Notes under the pieces: model-generated
The model's database searches: none
What the model was told of the DNA's origin: nothing
What the model saw: the letters and a program-made list of their open reading frames with translations, nothing else
From: Selaginella moellendorffii
Lineage: Eukaryota > Plantae > Lycopodiophyta
NCBI RefSeq assembly: GCF_000143415.4
Contig: NW_003314279.1
Span: 1,164,091 to 1,228,090, forward strand
Reading direction: 5' to 3'
Length of the DNA: 64,000 bases
Part shown: positions 10,676-21,498 of the stretch, piece by piece
How positions within the stretch are numbered: position 1 is the first letter of the stretch
How the letters are laid out: every line of letters begins with the position of its first letter
Program-made: the position numbers and the translations under genes

Positions 10676-11823
10676 TGTAAGGAACCGACTCCCCGAGATG
10701 TCGTAGGCTAAAGGATCCCCAAAAGCTTGACCGAAATGACAAAGAGTTCATCGGATGGGACCAAGTCAAGGATCGAGTCCAAGACCGACTCTAGGACCGA
10801 GTTCGAGATAGGGTCCGGAATCGAGTCCAAAACCGACTCGGGGACCGAGTTCGAGTCCGAGTTCGAGACCGAGTTCGAGACGGAGTCCGAGATCCGAAAT
10901 CGGGTCCGAGACCGAGTCCGAGGTCGAGTCCGAGGTCGGATCCGAGATCGGGTCCGAGATCGAGTCCAAGATCGAGTCCGAAACCAAATCCGAAGTCGGA
11001 TCTGAAATCGGGTCCGAGATCGAACCAGAGACTAAGTCCAAATACTAATACGGGTCAAGGGGTGAAAGCCCAAAGCGTGCGTCTCCCAGGGGGGGGGGGC
11101 TGCAGGGGGTTCCAAAAGTATAGTAGGGATAGTGAGGTCCAGGAACCAGTTTTGAAGGGACTCTCCAGTTGGGCTTCCAAACCGACTTGAGGTTGAGACT
11201 GGGACCGAGGGGCCTTGGGTGGGAGTGAGCATGGACTTGGCTGGTGCCGGAGGGGCCATCCAAGGAAGTGCTCAAGAGCAGCTCCCACTCCCGAAAGGGA
11301 AACCGACTGCAGTGCTCCCGGCTCAGGTGGAGTGGTGCCCCACTTGAGTACCTTGTGGCTCATTGGTCCTCGCCCTTCCGGGGGCTTGGGCCTTCCCTTT
11401 GGGATGGAAGAGGGGGGGTAGAGGTACCCATACCGGGCCGTTAGGCCACGGTGTTTCGCCCCGACGTCCCGAAGCAAGTGCTGCACCCAAGGCTTGGGAT
11501 TTAAAGGGTCCCATGATCAAGTCTTGTGGTACCAAGGGGTGTTAGGAATCTGGAGGCTTGGTGTGCTTGGCTGCTTGTGCCTGCGGGGAGTGTAGCCGAA
11601 CCTTAAGTCCAGTCTAACCCGGGGAGGGGGATTGGGAGAGATTTGGGAATCCGTAGATGGATGGCTAACACTCCGTTGCTCGTGTAGTAAGTAGCTGAAA
11701 CCAAGTAGGAGCTGGTACCATAGGCGAGAACCTTGGCGAGGGAACTTAGCACAAGCCAAGGCAGAGTTGGTTGGATAGGCGAGGTAAGCTGGCAAATTGG
11801 AAAGGAAAAATTTGTGGCTTACA
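10676..11823 (+). repeat. 3' LTR (1148 bp)
   Basis: Differs from the 5' LTR by about 15 substitutions (manual count) and a 5-nt shorter poly-G run. Confidence 0.97.
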
Positions 11824-12162
11824 GGTGGCTACTGTGAAAGAAAGGTTCCCCTCTAGAGATATTGTTGGTGAGTTAGATCTAGCATCAGTTTTTGGAACTT
11901 CATGCATGCAAGTTACGTCATGCTTTGGTATTTGCAACACCACCCACATCCTCAACCACAATTTCAAATCTAGCTCCAAGACAACATCTGACTTTTTAGA
12001 GTGGGATCTTTTAGCCACCCTCCACTCTTTCTCGGGTCCCACAAGAGGTTCTTGCTCAAATTGTTGGCATTTTAGTCTTGATCACATTTGATAAACTTTT
12101 GTGATGTGTACCCATTTTTACTTTTCAGCTGAAGGCTTTTGCCAAGTCCACTGACATCCTCA

Positions 12163-12307
12163 TGGAACCTTAGCATGATATATATATCATCAACACACTC
12201 ATGATCATGGAACATTCTTTGTGAAAGTCTAGATTGGAACCTTAGCATGATATATAATCATCAACACACTTATTATCATGGAGCATTCTTTGTGAAAGTC
12301 TAGATTG
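12163..12307. repeat. Tandem duplication of ~72 bp
   Basis: tggaaccttagcatgatatata...ctttgtgaaagtctagat occurs twice, starting at 12163 and 12235. Confidence 0.9.
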
Positions 12308-14089
12308 GCAATAAATCCTTGACAGCATAAGCATTATTTGATTCTAGATCCCAGAGCAACATCATCTCCCTTGACTTGGCATACTCCAGTGGCTTGGAAA
12401 TGGTTGGCAATACAACTGTCATCCTCAAAACATTTGTTAATCACTCACTATGTCCTGCAAGCATTTGCTACAATGTCAAGATCTTGGTGCAAGGAGTGGT
12501 TTCCATGCTAGATTTTCTTGTAATGGACTACCAGCAGCTCAGATCTAGGAAATTGAAGGACTCCATCATCCTAGGACGGCCATGGCATCTTGTTGCTACT
12601 TGCACAACAACTTAGGCCAAAGGAGAATCAACAATCACCTATAGTGTCTATACAATGACCCTTCTTAATGCCTATGGTCATTTTTTACTTCCATCCAGCT
12701 TGTCTCAAGTGGATGCTTCTTCCATCACTAAAGTTGACTAGGCTCTCAAAGTTCTTTTCCCAGAACTTATCGAAGATGACATATTGCTGAAGATCTAAAT
12801 TATTGAGTGCAATACAATATGGAGTGGACTACATTAACACTTAACTTCTCTACCATCATTACACAAGTCCAAAGATCCCTTGGCTTCAACAAATCTAGGG
12901 ATTTCACATCAATTCCTTTGCTCTAGCACAATGAAGAATTTGCCCAAGTGGTGGTTCTTCCAAACAATTTTCCAACTCTAGCACTATTTGAGAAGTCATA
13001 GGGGACCCCTACCGAGGATCTGTTAACACCAACACAAATTTTAGATGCATTGCATGTGAGCTTGGACATTGACAACCATGAGATATGAGTTTGCGACATA
13101 CTTGTTGCTGTGATATGACAAATTATATAAATTTTAACAAGACAGACATCCAAAAAAGCTTCCCTCATAGAAAACAATGAGTGTGGGATTGTGGGGTATG
13201 TTACAAGTTAAATACTTGTTGACCATTTCTAGAGTTTAAATGTGGAATATTTAAATTTTATATTCTAAGATTCTATTATTGGTAAAAAATTATTCCTATA
13301 ATATCCAGGCATAACTATTTAATCATAATTGTAAGTAAGATTTATTTATCCATTAACTTTCTTCTAAACTTTAGATTATAGAAAAAAGCTGAAGTACTCT
13401 TGAAACAATCAAGAAATTAAAAGTAAAATATATTCTCATTCACATATTGCTTCCGAAGTAGTGCATGTGTTTTGTGATTGATGTGGCTTTTATAAGCAAA
13501 ATATGATAAAATACCAGTCTTCAGCCAGATGCCATATTGATGCCTATATGACACATAATATTCACTGTCTCAGGGGGTTAATGAAAGAAATGCTTTTGCT
13601 CAAGGCACAAACCAATAGGTCCCACTGAAATGATAAGTTGTTCAAACCATTGATAAGAAAATGCTTAAATCTCCCATAGGTCACAAAAATTCACCACCAA
13701 GAAATGTTATATCCTTACCATCCTAGAATATGCCTGATTATATCATTGGATGGTTTGTGAGAAGCTAAACTACAAAATTAATTTAAATATCGTAACTATC
13801 TAAAGATTATTCTAAGAATATTCTAAGCTGCTTTCCATCAATGTATCTTACATATTTTGAATCCTGTTGTGCCTCATAGGATGAAAACATATTAATGAAA
13901 AAAACATTAATATTCATGTATGAAAGATAACTCCAAAAAGTAAGCATGACATTCAAGCAAAGTGTTATTATCTTATACCAAAAGAAATAGAATAATTTTA
14001 CTCTTAGAATTTTATTGGAACTAAACCTTTATAAAAATAAATCTCAAGATGGCTAAACATGGATATGGTTGCTTTCCTAGTGCACACAA

Positions 14090-15506
14090 TCACTTCCTCT
14101 CGCGACACGCCGGCACAGAACCTGGAACTTCGACACGAAGAATGTGGTGATTCTTGTCATCTACAATAGCTGCCTTGAGACGTTTGCTCGTGGCTGAAAA
14201 GAAATTAGTAGAGGTAAAAGAAAAAAAAACCAAAATACTTGTGTCCAGCTCGGCCTCGTCACGGTCCTCAATTGGCACTGTCAAGGTTGTCCCTTCGAGC
14301 GCAGCGGCCCCCTTGGGAAGGCGAATGGTGAGAATCTCATCCTGCAGATTAGCTATTAAACCGTCGACGTTGGCGTAAGGAGGAACGGCAAGCTTCTCGG
14401 GGCGGTAAACGTCCATCTCCGTGGAAACAAGCACACCCCGTCCATGTTTTTCAACATGCACTTGATCCAGCGACGAGAGACCTGTACAGTAGTACGCAAG
14501 AGAAAAAAAAAACATGAGATAACGTTGTCTGCAGTTGACTTACCCGGCACTTGCACATCGACAGTGTAGAACTGCTGGTTCTCGAAGGACGACCACAATA
14601 GCTTGCGCTTGTCATATCCTGAACGCCACAGAGAAAAAGAAATAAAAAAACTCCAGGCGGGATCAAAGCCATACCTTTATCAATGTGCTTGAGGCAGTTT
14701 AGCAGCAGCTGGTAAGCATGCTTCTTCTCAAAGTTGTAGAGAGCAACTAGACCGCCGTGATCAGGGAACTGAGGCAGCCCCCCGGCATCAGCCACCTCCT
14801 GCGCCAACTCGAGGCCCCTGCCACACTTTGTCAAGGAAGCGTTGGAGAAGAAATCAGTGCATGGAACGACTGGTGTAGCATATGAGCTAGATTGCTCCTC
14901 GATCAGAATGGTGAGGTTTCTGGACTGCAGACCTAAGAACCTGGTCCAGCACTCAGCGCCAAACAGACGCGCCTGCTCCTGCAACTCGTGCACGTTTGGC
15001 TCCCCGGAGAAAACTTCCTTCTCGGCTCGGCAGGCAAGAGTCCGGCAAAAGTCGTGGACGAGGCGTGTTTCTTCACGTGTGCAGTAATGTAGGGGGGGCT
15101 CTCCACGCGAGTCCCGCTTTGCATCCTCCCAGACGTCGTCCACGAGCTTGATCATGTGTGTATATGGGACGGGGTAGTCGCCTATGTCGTCAAACCCGAG
15201 TGGTTTTTCAAGACGGGGGAATTGGCCGCCCACAATTTCGGTGTACTTGAGGCTGTGATGCAGGAGATACCCCTCGAAGCAGTCGGTGGTAAGATCAGAG
15301 TTGCCCAGCACCTTAAAGGCTTGGCCGAGGACACGGTTGTCTAGGCGGAGCATCAGCATCCACAGAAACTCTCCAAACTCTTTGTAGGCTTCTAGGGTCG
15401 GTGGTTTGCTCACCTGAGACAGCTTCCTGCATTCGCTGCGGATTCTCGTGCTTGCTGTGAGGATGCCGCTCCTACTCCTAGTCGCGCTTATCATCCGCAT
15501 CAACAT
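14090..15506 (-). CDS. Multi-exon protein: transit-peptide-like N-terminus, ~250-aa unknown domain, alpha-crystallin (HSP20) domain, start of a second truncated ACD
   Basis: Likely ATG 15506, by alignment with the paralog. After splicing (intron 14619-14674 and the next) it reads LLWSSFENQQFYTVDVQVPGLSSLDQVHVE...PPYANVDGLIANLQDEILTIRLPK, an HSP20 signature. The 3' end is uncertain. Confidence 0.7.
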
Positions 15507-15719
15507 TTTCAAGGGTTTGGCGTTCTTTGCTGGGTTTTGGGTTTTAGTATAGGCGCGAGCGATGGCATCCAGCTCCAGCACCTGCCTGGCCCTGGTCCGC
15601 AGCACGCGCAATTCGACTTGCGCCTCGTTGCTATCCCCGGGCTGCCTGGAAGAATGAGGTATGGGCATAATCTGGAGGATGAATCGTTCGTGGTTTACTT
15701 GCTCTACGAGACGTGCGTA

Positions 15720-16300
15720 TCATGGGTGAGTTTTTGCTCATAGAGCGATACCAAGATGGTGGAAACCAGAGAACAGCCGGAACAGAGTGTGTCCGCCGCC
15801 CACCTCTCCGCCTGGCGGTGGAGTCTTTTTACTCTCGCGAGGAGAGTGGGGCCTGCTGTTTCGAGATGATGTATTGGGAACGCTCCAACTTACAGAAAGG
15901 AGGTTATTTTAACAATCTCTTCAAGAACACCGCCCGCTTTTGGACGCTGGCCAGCTACCGAGAAACTGAAACGTTTTGGTGAAGATTGACGTGAAGTTAT
16001 TCGTTTTCTCTCCTCTCAGTTTGCAAGTCTTCATTCTTTTTTATTCTGAAAACTCAGACGACAAAGATTAAGACCTTTCGAAAGGGGAGGACGAGTTTAT
16101 GAGGAGTACTCCCACGCTCTCCAACACGAGCTGAAAAACTCGAGCGCCTCCAAAACATTCGCTGGGTCAGCATCTGCTACTTCTACCGGAGACGAATACT
16201 TGCCCGTGGACGTGGACATGAACCTGCTTAAGAACTTGCTCGACTCGTACTCATCGCAGCAGGACCAGTCTGGGAATGATGGGAATGGACGACAAGGAGG
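15720..16300 (+). pseudogene. ECD: Ecdysoneless/SGT1-domain (ECD) gene remnant
   Basis: Fragments ACCFEMMYW, SNLQKGGYFNNL and YSHALQHELKNS...PVDVDMNLLKNLLDSYSSQQ...LGMMGM match plant ECD motifs (ACGFEMMY; [34 protein letters not shown]), with deletions and frameshifts. Confidence 0.75.
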
Positions 16301-16672
16301 AGCATAACGTATGACGCGGAGGAAGTGACGTGACGAACCGCGTCGAGTTGGACGAGACAGACACGGACAAAGCTTCCCTCGTAGAAACCAACGAGTGGGA
16401 CCGTGGAGTGTGCTCGGCTCATGGACTCCACAGCTCGTTACAACTTAAGACCACGCGTTCGGACGAGAATGCTGCTCTTGCGGGATCCGAGAATTATATA
16501 TTTCAGTTACCAGGTATTCATATTTGTTTTCTTGCCTCACTTTCAGAATTCTTCTCCCAGATCTTGGAAACAGCACAGGTAAGGCATGTTTAATCGTTTT
16601 TTTTTTTTAAATTTAGATTTTAACATTGCGGTTTGGATCGCAGAAAATGTCGGGTATTTGAGAAGCTCGATC

Positions 16673-17533
16673 ATGTGTTTCCACGGTTCCAAAGTCGAGG
16701 ATCTAGAAAAGCAACTAGATCACGAGGCAGTGAAGTCCCCAGAGCTACCAAATGAAGCAGCAAACCAACAAACCGAGGGAGATGGAGAAGCGGCCAAAGA
16801 GGACTGCGGGAGCGGCCTCCCCGTCGCTCACAGAGCTCCGTGGCTGCGGGCTCTCGTCCTTGGCGCCAACGATGGCCTGGTCTCGATAGCATCGCTCCTT
16901 CTGGGCGTGAGTGCCGGGAACAGTAACGAGCGCAGCATCATCCTCTCGGGCATCGCGGGCCTCATCGCCGGCGCGTGCAGCATGGCGGTGGGAGAGTTCG
17001 TGTCGGTGTCCTCGCAGCGCGACACCGAGGTGGCCGAGATAGAGAGGGAGCGGCGGCAGCACGCCGCCGGGGGTGACGCGGCGGCACGGGAGCTAGAGGA
17101 GTTGGCCCAGATATACGTGACGCGCGGACTGACGCCTGAGCTGGCGAGAGAGGTGGCTGCGCAGCTATCCCGCGACGGCCAGGACGTGGTTAAAGTCCAT
17201 GCGAGGGAGGAGCTGGGCATCGACGTGGACGCGCTGGCGCGACCGTGGCAGGCGGCTGCGGTGTCGGCGGCGGCGTTTACCACCGGCGGCGCTGTGCCGC
17301 TGCTTGCCGCGGGGTTCGTGGAGGCGTACCGCTGGCGGCTGGCGGCTATCGGGTTGTCGACAAGCATGGGACTGGCGGCATTTGGGGCATGCGGGGCGAG
17401 GCTTGGGAAGGCGCCCATCCTCGCCGCCTCGACGCGCGTCACGGTTGGCGGTTGGATCGCAATGCTTGCCACCTTTGGGATTCTCTACTTGGTCTCTAGA
17501 AACCATCAAAAGGGTGATCTAGACTTTTCTTAA
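16673..17533 (+). CDS. Vacuolar iron transporter homolog (VIT1/CCC1 family, VTL/nodulin-21-like)
   Basis: RAPWLRALVLGANDGLVS, AGACSMAVGEFVSVSSQRD and PWQAAAVSA motifs. First ATG at 16673; a probable upstream intron at ~16579-16642. Confidence 0.92.
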   Translation: MCFHGSKVEDLEKQLDHEAVKSPELPNEAANQQTEGDGEAAKEDCGSGLPVAHRAPWLRALVLGANDGLVSIASLLLGVSAGNSNERSIILSGIAGLIAGACSMAVGEFVSVSSQRDTEVAEIERERRQHAAGGDAAARELEELAQIYVTRGLTPELAREVAAQLSRDGQDVVKVHAREELGIDVDALARPWQAAAVSAAAFTTGGAVPLLAAGFVEAYRWRLAAIGLSTSMGLAAFGACGARLGKAPILAASTRVTVGGWIAMLATFGILYLVSRNHQKGDLDFS

Positions 17534-17872
17534 CTACTGTAAGATATCATTGCCATTGGCTCGAAAAAGGTATATATTATATGTTAAAAATATTTTAATG
17601 AAATAAATACCTAAAGTAGAAGAAAACTTACTTTTAACTTTGACTTTTTTATTAAAACGTATTGACTCAAAATAGTCTCAAAACACTAAGTTATATTCTT
17701 CTTATCAGGTAGCAAAGTTGTTTATAATGCAACTTTCAAAGAATCTCTTGCTATAGCCTATAGCTGTTCCGGATTCTCTTGCTATAGATTAGATTCTTTT
17801 TAATGAGATTCTGTTATGTTTACGGCTTAGCAAAATTTCTTTTGATTAAATTCGCGGTTGTTTTCTAGCTTA

Positions 17873-19202
17873 TCACCTGAGGAGCTCCACGAAGACAAAG
17901 ACGTTCCACAGGCTATGGAGCAGCATAGACGAGAGGAGATTCCTGTTCCTCACAAACACCACCCCCATCACAAGACCCAGGAAAGTGAGCGGCAGGAGGC
18001 GCTGGGGGCTGAAGTGCGCCAGTGCGAAGGCGAGCGCGGAGATGGCGATGGACGCCCACAGAGGCAGATAGCGCGTGAGCGATGGCAGCAAAAACCCCCG
18101 GAAGAGCACCTCCTCCCACACCGGCGCACACACAGACACCACCACCGCGTAGAGGAGGGTGGCGATGGGATCCCTGGCGGAGATGGACTGCTCCACGCTC
18201 GAGGCCGTGAATGGCGATGGCAGCGGCAGGAGATCGAGGTTGAGCTGCGAGAGGCAATTGACGAGCGGGAAGATGAGGCAGCCGAGGCAGGCCTCGACGT
18301 ACCACTGTCCCTGCCAACTTACCGGGAACCAGTCCTTGGAGAGGGGATGAAACTCGGCGAGGCAGCGATGGAGGATTCCCAGCCCGACGGTGCCTTCGGC
18401 GATGTCCGTGACGAGGCTGTAGAGCGCTTGGCCGCGGTATGTGAGCGAGTCTTTGCTGTAGCCCAGAGCGTGAGCGGCGATGGGGATGAACCACGAGCCG
18501 ACCAGCCAGAAGGCTCCAAACCACAAGAACATCACCTGAAAGAACGAGATACCAGCTTTTAGTTCTGAGATCGATGATAAGTTGTCAAAGAAAATGGAAA
18601 AAAGAAAGTTGGATGACACTAGAAGAGAAAGCTCGAGAGCTCGAGCTAAAGAGCGCTCAATGGAAAAGATTGATTGTTTTTACCTGGAATATGGTGTGCC
18701 CTGTCCAGGGGACTGCCCAGGCCTTGTCTTTGTGGGAGCGGTTTAGAAGGAGCTGGAGAAAATCGACCTGTGGAAAAGAAGAAAGCTCATAGCTCGCGAT
18801 GAATGAGAAAGAAAGAAAAAGAAAAATGGAGTGTGAGAATGTAACGAGACCTTGCCTTCCGCAGTCTCATCCACCAGGAGAGCTCTGGAGACGACGACGA
18901 TGGCGATGGATCGCCCGGCTCGCCCTTGTACTGGTCGTCATCGCCGCTGCCCTCGCTTTGCGACGAGAAGGAACACGGGAGTAGGAACTCCCACTGGCAG
19001 AAAGGATCCAAGCCCGGCTTGAGAAAGAATTTCGGAAAATGCGAGCGATTACCTGTGTGGAGGATCGCTCCCTGACGAGCAATCGCTTCCAGCCGCGCGT
19101 TCTTCTCCCCGGCACGGCCAAGCTAGGTCTTGGCCTCGAGGAAACTAGCAGCGGTTGCCCAAATCCAATGCCCCGAGCTCCACTCTGCGCCAATGCAGCC
19201 AT
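17873..19202 (-). CDS. CAAX amino-terminal protease (CPBP/Abi family) membrane protein, probably plastid-targeted; multi-exon
   Basis: APVWEEVLFRGFLLPSL, FALAH and HSLWN motifs; N-terminal transit-like exon. Confidence 0.9.
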
Positions 19203-19488
19203 GAGAAAATCTTCCCTAGACGGGCATCATCGATCATCACATTGCTCCGCCATAGCGCTCTTCCATCTTGCCCTATAGTTTCAAAAGAAACCTCACTCTT
19301 TTATTATTCCAATGATACGTATAGATAGTTTTACACACCATCTTGGAGCTGTGATCCTACGCGCTATATTCTCTCTTTTGATCTGTCGTCTCGTGGTTGT
19401 TAGTAGAGAGCTCGCTCGTCCCAAAACTTCCTCTTTTTTTCTTTCTTTCTTGCTGTTCTTGGTGATCTTGGCATGGAGAAAACTTAAC

Positions 19489-21498
19489 TTAGACCGCTCT
19501 TTCCTTTGCACTCGCATACTCGACGCTGCTCACTGGGACTCCATCCACTCGCAGAGACGATGGAAATCCATTCGCTGGCTTGGACGTGGAGAGGCCGTCT
19601 GGGAGGAGGAGCTCCTCCGCCGGCTCCTCCGGGACAGGCGCGTCGCGGGGTTTCATGCTGCGCTTCTCGGAGGAATCGAGATTCGCAAACTCCTCGAACT
19701 CTCCGATTGAGCGGTACTTGTTGTGGCGTTGCTTCAATAGGGACTGAGTATCCATCTTCAGCAGGTCCTGCAAACACGACGACATTTATATCTCGAAACG
19801 GAAGACGTTCATCCATACCTCCATGTGTCTAAGCAAAACTTTCTTTATGTTTTTCGAGGCGGTTTCGGGATCGTACTGTGCGCCTCCAAGCGGCTCCTGC
19901 AAAACCGATGATCTCTGTTAGCAAACAGAGAAGAAAACAGGCTTTGGTTACTGGAATTATTTCGTCCACAATCTTAAGCTCCTTAAGGTCGGTTGGCGTA
20001 ATTTTCAGAGCATCTGCTGCCTGGAGACAAAATCGAATCTCGTCAAAATTTGCGCACCAGATGAAGACTTCCGCATTACCTTTGGTGCAGCTTCAGCGGA
20101 CTTCCAAAGAATCGCAGCACACGCTTCAGGGCTGTACGAGGAAGGGAAAAGTTAGAAACCGGAAGAGGTCCCAGAAAGTGTACAAACCTGGCCACGTAAT
20201 AGACGGAGTTTTCCATCATAAGCATCTTGTTGCCGCATCCAATTGCTAGTGCACCACCAGAGCCACCTTCTCCAATGACGGTTGTTATAATTGGAACCTT
20301 CAAGCCAAACATTTCTCTGAGGTTCATAGCAATTGCCTCTCCCTAGCAAAGATAAAAGAGGGAAGTCAGAAAACAAGAACACAAAACAAAGTTTCTTACT
20401 TGACCAGTTTCCTCGGCCTCAAGACCGGCATAAGCACCTGGAGTGTCCACAAATGTCAAAATAGGAAATCCATGGTGCGCTGCATGCTTCATCATCCTCA
20501 AAGCCTTACGGTATCTGGAAAAAGAACCACGGCATATAACTTTCTGCAAGTGAAAGAACGCTATACATACCCCCAAGGTTGAGGCATGGCGAAGTTCCGA
20601 TACAAGTTCTCCTTGGTGTTCCGTCCCTTCTGGTGTCCAATAAACATAAAGCTCATGCCTTCCATTTTCCCGATCCCTGTAACTATAGCCGCATCGTCGT
20701 GACCAGCACGATCACCGTGAAGCTCCAGCCACTGAAACACGAAGTTCAAAGGCTAAGAAGATGAAGGCTTCGAAAAAAATGGAAAAGAAGTCCACGGCCG
20801 TTGTGTTACCTTGTCAGTCATATTTAAAACATGATCGTAGAATGTAGGACGGTTCGGATGACGTGCTAGATTCAATCGCTGGACCGGTGTCAAATTCTTG
20901 TAAAGATCTTGCCGGACCTGCCAACAAAAACAAAACTTAGCAGGAACTAAAAACTCGTCGGACCAACCTGGTGGTATTTTTGCTCGAGCTCTTCGATTTG
21001 GCCGCTAAAATCCACGCCAGTCTTATTGGCAAGATCTCGCACCTGATATCGAGAAAACTAAAGGTCATTAGAGCCAAAGATCACACACGAGCACAGAAAA
21101 ACACGGCATGCAAGCAAAGAGAACAAGCGAGGATGGAACCAAAACTTTTTGCTAGCTCTAGATGGAGTGTAAGATCATACCTCTTCGATTCTAGCTTCGA
21201 GATCGATGATAGGTTTCTCGAACGGGAGCGTCACGGGCTTGGGCTTGACCGGCAGGGGCTTGTATCGGCACAGGAGATTGAGCGCATCCTTTTGCATGTC
21301 CTTGGTGATCTTCTTGGGCCACGGATAGCTCCATTCCTCGGGCCCCTTCTTCTTGGATTGGACGACGAGAGCGCCGGAGCGGCCGGAGGAAGAGGCGATG
21401 GAGGAGCCAGACCTGGGCCTTGCGCTCCGGAAATCTCCGTGCTGGAAATTGAGACCTACCCTTGCCGCCGACAGCGACGCCCCGGGAGCGCAATCCAT
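19489..21498 (-). CDS. CAC3: Plastid acetyl-CoA carboxylase carboxyltransferase alpha subunit; multi-exon
   Basis: [49 protein letters not shown] and [12 protein letters not shown] motifs. Confidence 0.96.

Larger units (their letters stand above)
4289..11823 (+). mobile_element. Full-length Ty3/gypsy LTR retrotransposon, chromovirus (Galadriel-like by RT motifs, tRNA-Met PBS and type I chromodomain)
   Basis: Paired LTRs TGTAAG...CTTACA; 5-bp TSD GGTGG at 4284-4288 and 11824-11828; PBS; PPT; domain order gag-PR-RT-RH-IN-chromodomain. Confidence 0.97.
2560..13200 (+). mobile_element. Old, degenerate Ty3/gypsy-type retroelement interrupted by the younger chromovirus (boundaries approximate)
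   Basis: Retropepsin remnant at ~12330-12615 (ALFDSRSQSNIIS...LDFLVMD...IILGRPW) and zinc-knuckle-like CSNCWHFSLDH at ~12053. Many stops and CpG depletion on both sides of the TSD. Confidence 0.55.

Noticed and set aside
15507-15668. Longer N-terminus of the 405-aa ORF
   Set aside because: Similarity to the paralog begins at the ATG at 15506, and the ORF's 3' end also reads through introns.
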